Shown piece after piece: positions 55,471 to 59,472 of a stretch of DNA of 59,472 nt. The notes beneath the pieces were generated by a model. It did not search any database, was not told the DNA's origin, and saw only the letters and a list, made by a program, of their open reading frames with translations. The stretch comes from Solirubrobacteraceae bacterium. GTDB taxonomy: Bacteria; Actinomycetota; Thermoleophilia; Solirubrobacterales; Solirubrobacteraceae. The stretch is from contig DATFQI010000391.1 of the NCBI GenBank assembly GCA_035264365.1, positions 1 through 59,472 of the forward strand, given 5' to 3'. Position 1 is the first letter of the stretch. Each line of letters begins with the position of its first letter. Made by a program: the position numbers and the translations under genes.

Positions 55471-58400
55471 ATGGCGCGGAGCAACGGCTCGATGAGCGAA
55501 CCGCTCCTGGAGGGCCGCATGCTGCACGGGCGCTACGAGGTCTTGGAGACGCTCGGCGTGGGCGGCGAGGCGCGCGTCGTCAGGGCGCTCGACCATCGCC
55601 ACGAGCGTCTGGTCGCGTTGAAGATCCGGCGGGTGCGCGATGACGCGGCGCGCGAGAGCCTGCTCCGCGAGGCCCGGCTGCTGCTCGGCCTCCAGCCGCA
55701 CCCGGCGCTGCCGCTTGTCCGCGAGGATTTCTTCGTCGACGACGAGTACGTCGTCGCGATGGACTGGGTCGACGGGACCGACCTGGCGTGGATCCTGGCC
55801 GAGCGCGGAGCGCCCGGACTGGCGCCCTCCAGCGTCGTGGCCTACCTCGCCGAGGCCGCCGAGGCGCTGATGTTCCTGCACGCGCAGGAGCCGCCGATCG
55901 TGCACGCCGACGTCAAGCCGGCGAACCTGATCCTGACTCGCGGCGGGCACGTCAAGCTCGTGGACTTCGGGCTCTCGTCCACGCCGCTGATGCTCGGGAG
56001 CCGCTCGGGAACGACCGGCTACCGCGCCCCGGAGCTCGCGACGGGCTCCCCGCCGTCGCGCGCGAGCGACGTGTACGCGCTGGCGGCGACGGCCTTCGCG
56101 CTGCTGACCGGGGCTCCGCCGCAGGGGGTGCTGCCGGCCTGGGAGGGAATCGACCCGGCCCTGGCCGAGCAGCTCGAGAGCGCGATCCGCCTGGGGCTCG
56201 CGACGGACCCGGCGCGGCGGCCGGCGACGCCGGGTGAGCTCGTCGAGCGGCTGCGCGCCGGTTGGGGAGCGACGCTCCCGGCGGGCGTGACGACGTTCTG
56301 CCTGTCGGACATCGACTCCTCGACGGTGCTGTGGGAGCAGGATCCCGGCGCGATGGCGGCGGTGCTCGTCCGCCACGACGAGCTCGTCGCGGGGGCGGTG
56401 GAGTCGCACGGTGGCCGCTTCCTGAAGTCCAAGGGCGAAGGGGACGCGACCTTCTCGGTGTTCGAGTCCGCGTCCGGCGCGGTGCAGGCGGCGATCGCCG
56501 CGACGCGCGCGCTCGGCGCCGAGCGGTGGCCGAACGGCTGGAGCATCGCGGCCCGTTTCGGGATCCATACCGGCGAGGCCGAAAGACGCGATACCGACTA
56601 TTTCGGCCCGGCGGTCAACCTCGCGATGCGCGTGCGCGGGCAGGGTGGCGGCGGCGAGATCCTGCTGTCGCGGCTCACGGCGGGTCTGACGGCGAAGCAC
56701 CTGCCGGCGGGGTACTCGCTCGTCGACCTCGGCCCTCACCGCCTTCGCGCCGTCGAGGGTCCCCAGACGCTGCACGCGGTCGCAGGCCCCGGCGTCACCG
56801 CGCCGGCGCCGGCGAGCCGGTGCCCCTACCGCGGGCTGCTGGCGTTCGACGCGGACGACCGCGCCTTCTTCTTCGGGCGCGAGGTCGTGCTCGGCTCGGT
56901 CATCGAGCGGATCGCAACGCGGCGCCTGCTCGCGCTCGTGGGAGCGTCGGGCAGTGGGAAGTCCTCGCTGCTGCGCGCCGGCCTGATCGCGTCCGTCAGT
57001 GCCGGGGAGGTGCCCGGGGTTACGAGCGCGCGGCTGGTGCATCCCGGGGCGCGGCCGCCGGCGGCGATCGACGGCGGCGCCGCGACCCTCGTCGTCGTGG
57101 ACCAGTTCGAGGAGCTGTACACGCTCTGCGACGACCCTGGCGAGCGGGGGCGCTTCATCGATTCGTTGCTCGCCCATACCGGACCGGTGGCGATCGCCGT
57201 GCGCGCCGACTTCTACGGCGAGCTGAGCGCGCATCCTGAGCTGGCGAGCGCGGTGGCCTCCAACCAGATCCTGCTCGGCGCGATGAGCGAGGAAGAGCTG
57301 CGCCGCGCGGTGACCGAGCCGGCGCGCATCGCCGGGCTGCGGCTCGAGCCCGGACTCGTCGACGTCGTCCTCGGCGAGGTCGCCGGCGAGCCGGGGGCCC
57401 TGCCCCTGCTCTCACACGCGCTGCGCGCGACCTGGGAGCGGCGCGACGGACGCACCCTGACCGTCGACGCGTACCGGGCCACCGGCGGGGTGACCTCGGC
57501 CGTCGCGCAATCGGCGGACGCGCTGGTCGAGGCGATCCCCGCCGGAGAGCGAGACCTGCTGCGCAACGTCTTCCTGCGGCTGACGGAGCTCGGCGACGGG
57601 GTCGAGGACACGCGACGGCGGGTGCCGATCGACGAGCTCGTCCCCCAGGACGTCCCGGGAGACACCGTTCGCGACCTGCTCGGCCGCTTCGCCGCTGCCC
57701 GGCTCCTCACGCTCGGGGAGGGGACTGCGGAAGTAGCGCACGAGGTGCTGATCCGCCAGTGGCCGACCCTGCGGGGCTGGCTCGAGGAGGATCGCGAGGG
57801 TCTGCGCCTGCACCGGCGGCTCGGCGACGCTGGGCGCATCTGGGAGGCCGCGGGGCGCGATCCCACGGACCTCTACCGCGGCGCCCGGCTCGCCGCCGCA
57901 CTCGAATGGGCGCAGGTGCATCAGGATGCCCTGAACGCGACGGAGCGCGCGTTCCTCGACGCGAGCATCGCCGAATCCGAGCGCGAGCGGCGGGTGCAGC
58001 TGCGGGCCAACCGCCGCCTGCGCGCATTGCTCACCGTCGCAGGGGTACTGCTCGTGGCCGCGACGGTGGCGGGCCTACTGGCGCTCCGGGAAAGCGGCGA
58101 CGCGCGGGACTCCGCACGGAGCGCCGACGCACAGCGGCTCGGCGCTCAGGCGCTGATCGACGACCGGCTCGATCGGAGCCTCCTGCTCGCCCAAGCCGGC
58201 CGCGTGCTCGACGACACCGTGGTCACCCGCAGCCACCTCCTGTCGGCGCTCGTGCGCCCTCCCGGCGCGGTCGGCGTGATGCAGGGCGGCGGGGACCCGC
58301 TCTACGCGCTGTCACTGAGCCCCGACGGGCGGATGCTCGCCACCGGCGGCGAGAGCGGGACCCTCTTGCGCTTCGACCCGCGGTCGCGCCGGAGGATCGG

Positions 58401-59472
58401 TCGTCCGATCCAGGTGGACGGCCCCATCGTGAGCCTCGACTTCTCGCCGAACGGCACCTTGCTGGCCGCCAACGGCGGCATCGGCGGAGGACGTGAGGTC
58501 GTGAGGCTGATCGAGCCGGCAACCGGACGCACCGTGCGCGATATCGAGTTCTCCGACCCGCGCTCGGGCGATGGATACGGCTTCACGGACATCCGGTTCG
58601 GGCCGGGCGGAGGGACTGTGGTGGTGACGACGTTCTTCGCGGCGGCCGGACAAGTGCCGCACCCCGCTCACGTCCGTCGCTTCGATGTGCGCAGCGGGAG
58701 GCAGCTGGGGCGCGTCTTGCGTGTGGGCCGACCGGACACGGTCGCGCCTGTCGTCGTGACACGGCGTGACCGCCTCGTTCTCACGGGGACCGCCGAGAAC
58801 GCGACGTACGTGGTGGACACGGCGACGCTGCGTGTGCGGAAGCGGCTCCCGAGCGGGGCGTTCACCGCCGGGCTGGCTCTCGACGGCCGCCGTACCGCCC
58901 TCGGCGGCGAGGACGGCAGCGTCACGCTTCTGGACCTCCGCACGGGGAAGCGCCGGCGGTTGGCGGACCGGCACGACGGTCGAGTGCAAGAGCTCGCATT
59001 CAGCGCGGACGGGCGCACACTGGCGACCGTCGGCGACGACGGCCGCGGGCTGGCATGGGACCTGCGCCGCGGCCGCGTGCGGGAGACGCTGACCGGCCAC
59101 AGCGGACGGGTCACCCACGTCAACGTCTCAGACGATGGACGCACCCTCTACACGACCGGTGTCGACAGCCGGATCATCGTCTGGGACATCGCGGGCGACC
59201 GGCGCCTCGCGCAGCCCTTCCCTGGCGGCAACCCGCTCGGGGAGGGTCTCGTGCCCGCGCTCGCCGTCAGCCCCGACGGCCGACGGCTCGCCGCGGGCCT
59301 CCGCGGCGGCGGCGTCCGGCTCCGCGACGCCCGCACGCTGCGACTGCAGGGCGAGCTCCCGGGGCTCGACGGGGACGCCGCGCTGGCCGTCGAGTTCAGC
59401 CCTGACGGGCGCACGATCGCGGTGACCGGCAGCGGTGGGAGCGTCGCGCTGCGCGACGCGCGCAGCGGCCGG
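55471..59472 (+). CDS. Ser/Thr kinase + class III cyclase + nSTAND-type P-loop NTPase + TM helix + WD40/beta-propeller repeats (3' end beyond the right edge)
   Basis: Absent from the ORF track because it has no stop in the window. I translated 1334 uninterrupted codons from ATG 55471 (alternatives 55492, 55519). The kinase has GVGGEARVVRA..LVALK, IVHADVKPANLIL, VDFGLS and GYRAPE. The cyclase has TFCLSDIDSSTVLWE, KSKGEGDATFSVF and YFGPAVNLAMRVR. The nSTAND part has CPYRGLLAFDADDRAFFFGRE, Walker A GASGSGKSSLLRAG and Walker B LVVVDQFEEL. The TM helix is LLTVAGVLLVAATVAGLLAL (~58020-58090). Repeated ...SPDGR.LA.G...G.V.L.D... blades run from ~58300. Confidence 0.87.
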   Translation, partial: MARSNGSMSEPLLEGRMLHGRYEVLETLGVGGEARVVRALDHRHERLVALKIRRVRDDAARESLLREARLLLGLQPHPALPLVREDFFVDDEYVVAMDWVDGTDLAWILAERGAPGLAPSSVVAYLAEAAEALMFLHAQEPPIVHADVKPANLILTRGGHVKLVDFGLSSTPLMLGSRSGTTGYRAPELATGSPPSRASDVYALAATAFALLTGAPPQGVLPAWEGIDPALAEQLESAIRLGLATDPARRPATPGELVERLRAGWGATLPAGVTTFCLSDIDSSTVLWEQDPGAMAAVLVRHDELVAGAVESHGGRFLKSKGEGDATFSVFESASGAVQAAIAATRALGAERWPNGWSIAARFGIHTGEAERRDTDYFGPAVNLAMRVRGQGGGGEILLSRLTAGLTAKHLPAGYSLVDLGPHRLRAVEGPQTLHAVAGPGVTAPAPASRCPYRGLLAFDADDRAFFFGREVVLGSVIERIATRRLLALVGASGSGKSSLLRAGLIASVSAGEVPGVTSARLVHPGARPPAAIDGGAATLVVVDQFEELYTLCDDPGERGRFIDSLLAHTGPVAIAVRADFYGELSAHPELASAVASNQILLGAMSEEELRRAVTEPARIAGLRLEPGLVDVVLGEVAGEPGALPLLSHALRATWERRDGRTLTVDAYRATGGVTSAVAQSADALVEAIPAGERDLLRNVFLRLTELGDGVEDTRRRVPIDELVPQDVPGDTVRDLLGRFAAARLLTLGEGTAEVAHEVLIRQWPTLRGWLEEDREGLRLHRRLGDAGRIWEAAGRDPTDLYRGARLAAALEWAQVHQDALNATERAFLDASIAESERERRVQLRANRRLRALLTVAGVLLVAATVAGLLALRESGDARDSARSADAQRLGAQALIDDRLDRSLLLAQAGRVLDDTVVTRSHLLSALVRPPGAVGVMQGGGDPLYALSLSPDGRMLATGGESGTLLRFDPRSRRRIGRPIQVDGPIVSLDFSPNGTLLAANGGIGGGREVVRLIEPATGRTVRDIEFSDPRSGDGYGFTDIRFGPGGGTVVVTTFFAAAGQVPHPAHVRRFDVRSGRQLGRVLRVGRPDTVAPVVVTRRDRLVLTGTAENATYVVDTATLRVRKRLPSGAFTAGLALDGRRTALGGEDGSVTLLDLRTGKRRRLADRHDGRVQELAFSADGRTLATVGDDGRGLAWDLRRGRVRETLTGHSGRVTHVNVSDDGRTLYTTGVDSRIIVWDIAGDRRLAQPFPGGNPLGEGLVPALAVSPDGRRLAAGLRGGGVRLRDARTLRLQGELPGLDGDAALAVEFSPDGRTIAVTGSGGSVALRDARSGR

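Noticed and set aside
55456-57234. N-terminal 593 residues of track ORF 54856..57234, and the N-terminal 207 residues of ORF 51404..55291.
   Set aside because: The upstream parts are antisense to, or overlap, the kinase-cyclase gene and the FHA-LuxR gene. They have junk-like composition. Only the C-terminal FHA-LuxR part and the part from MATTHAEP (MFS) onward look like real proteins.

Overview
This is a very GC-rich segment; third codon positions are almost always G or C. It looks like actinobacterial chromosome: GTG starts, many 4-nt ATGA/GTGA start/stop overlaps, HisKA_3/NarL two-component systems and mycobacterium-like cAMP proteins. The taxon call is inference only. I support about 55 protein genes. 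I saw no rRNA, tRNA, CRISPR array, transposase or integrase. All domain calls come from motifs I read in the translations, not from searches.

Layout:
- 1-16.8 kb is a 14-gene minus-strand array. It holds an aldo-keto reductase plus a three-subunit molybdenum hydroxylase, then a MASE1 kinase plus a receiver. It ends in eight genes chained by start/stop overlaps: zwf, GMC oxidoreductase, ndh, cydA, cydB, MFS, CPA2 antiporter, DUF2254.
- 17-45 kb is a mosaic. It holds orphan response regulators and an orphan MsiK-like ABC ATPase, alkA and recQ. It also has an OmpA-like/zinc-peptidase toxin-like gene coupled to an unknown gene, and a GAF-PAS kinase with its regulator plus a globin and a small-gene cluster. 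Further genes are an orphan ABC-2 permease, a PAS/3xGAF kinase and TetR and ArsR modules. The region ends with a multiply frameshifted unknown gene, an anti-sigma-like ATPase with an overlapping zinc ribbon, an ECF sigma factor and a GAF-PP2C phosphatase.
- 45.8-59.5 kb is the most interesting part, a cyclic-nucleotide/STAND-NTPase island. Its genes are a stand-alone cNMP-binding protein, a tandem-cyclase-ATPase-TPR protein, an MFS-cNMP-patatin fusion and an FHA-LuxR regulator. The last is a kinase-cyclase-nSTAND-TM-WD40 giant that runs off the right edge and is missing from the ORF track.

Many long ORFs in the supplied track are antisense or out-of-frame artefacts of the GC bias. Several real genes had to be trimmed to internal starts.
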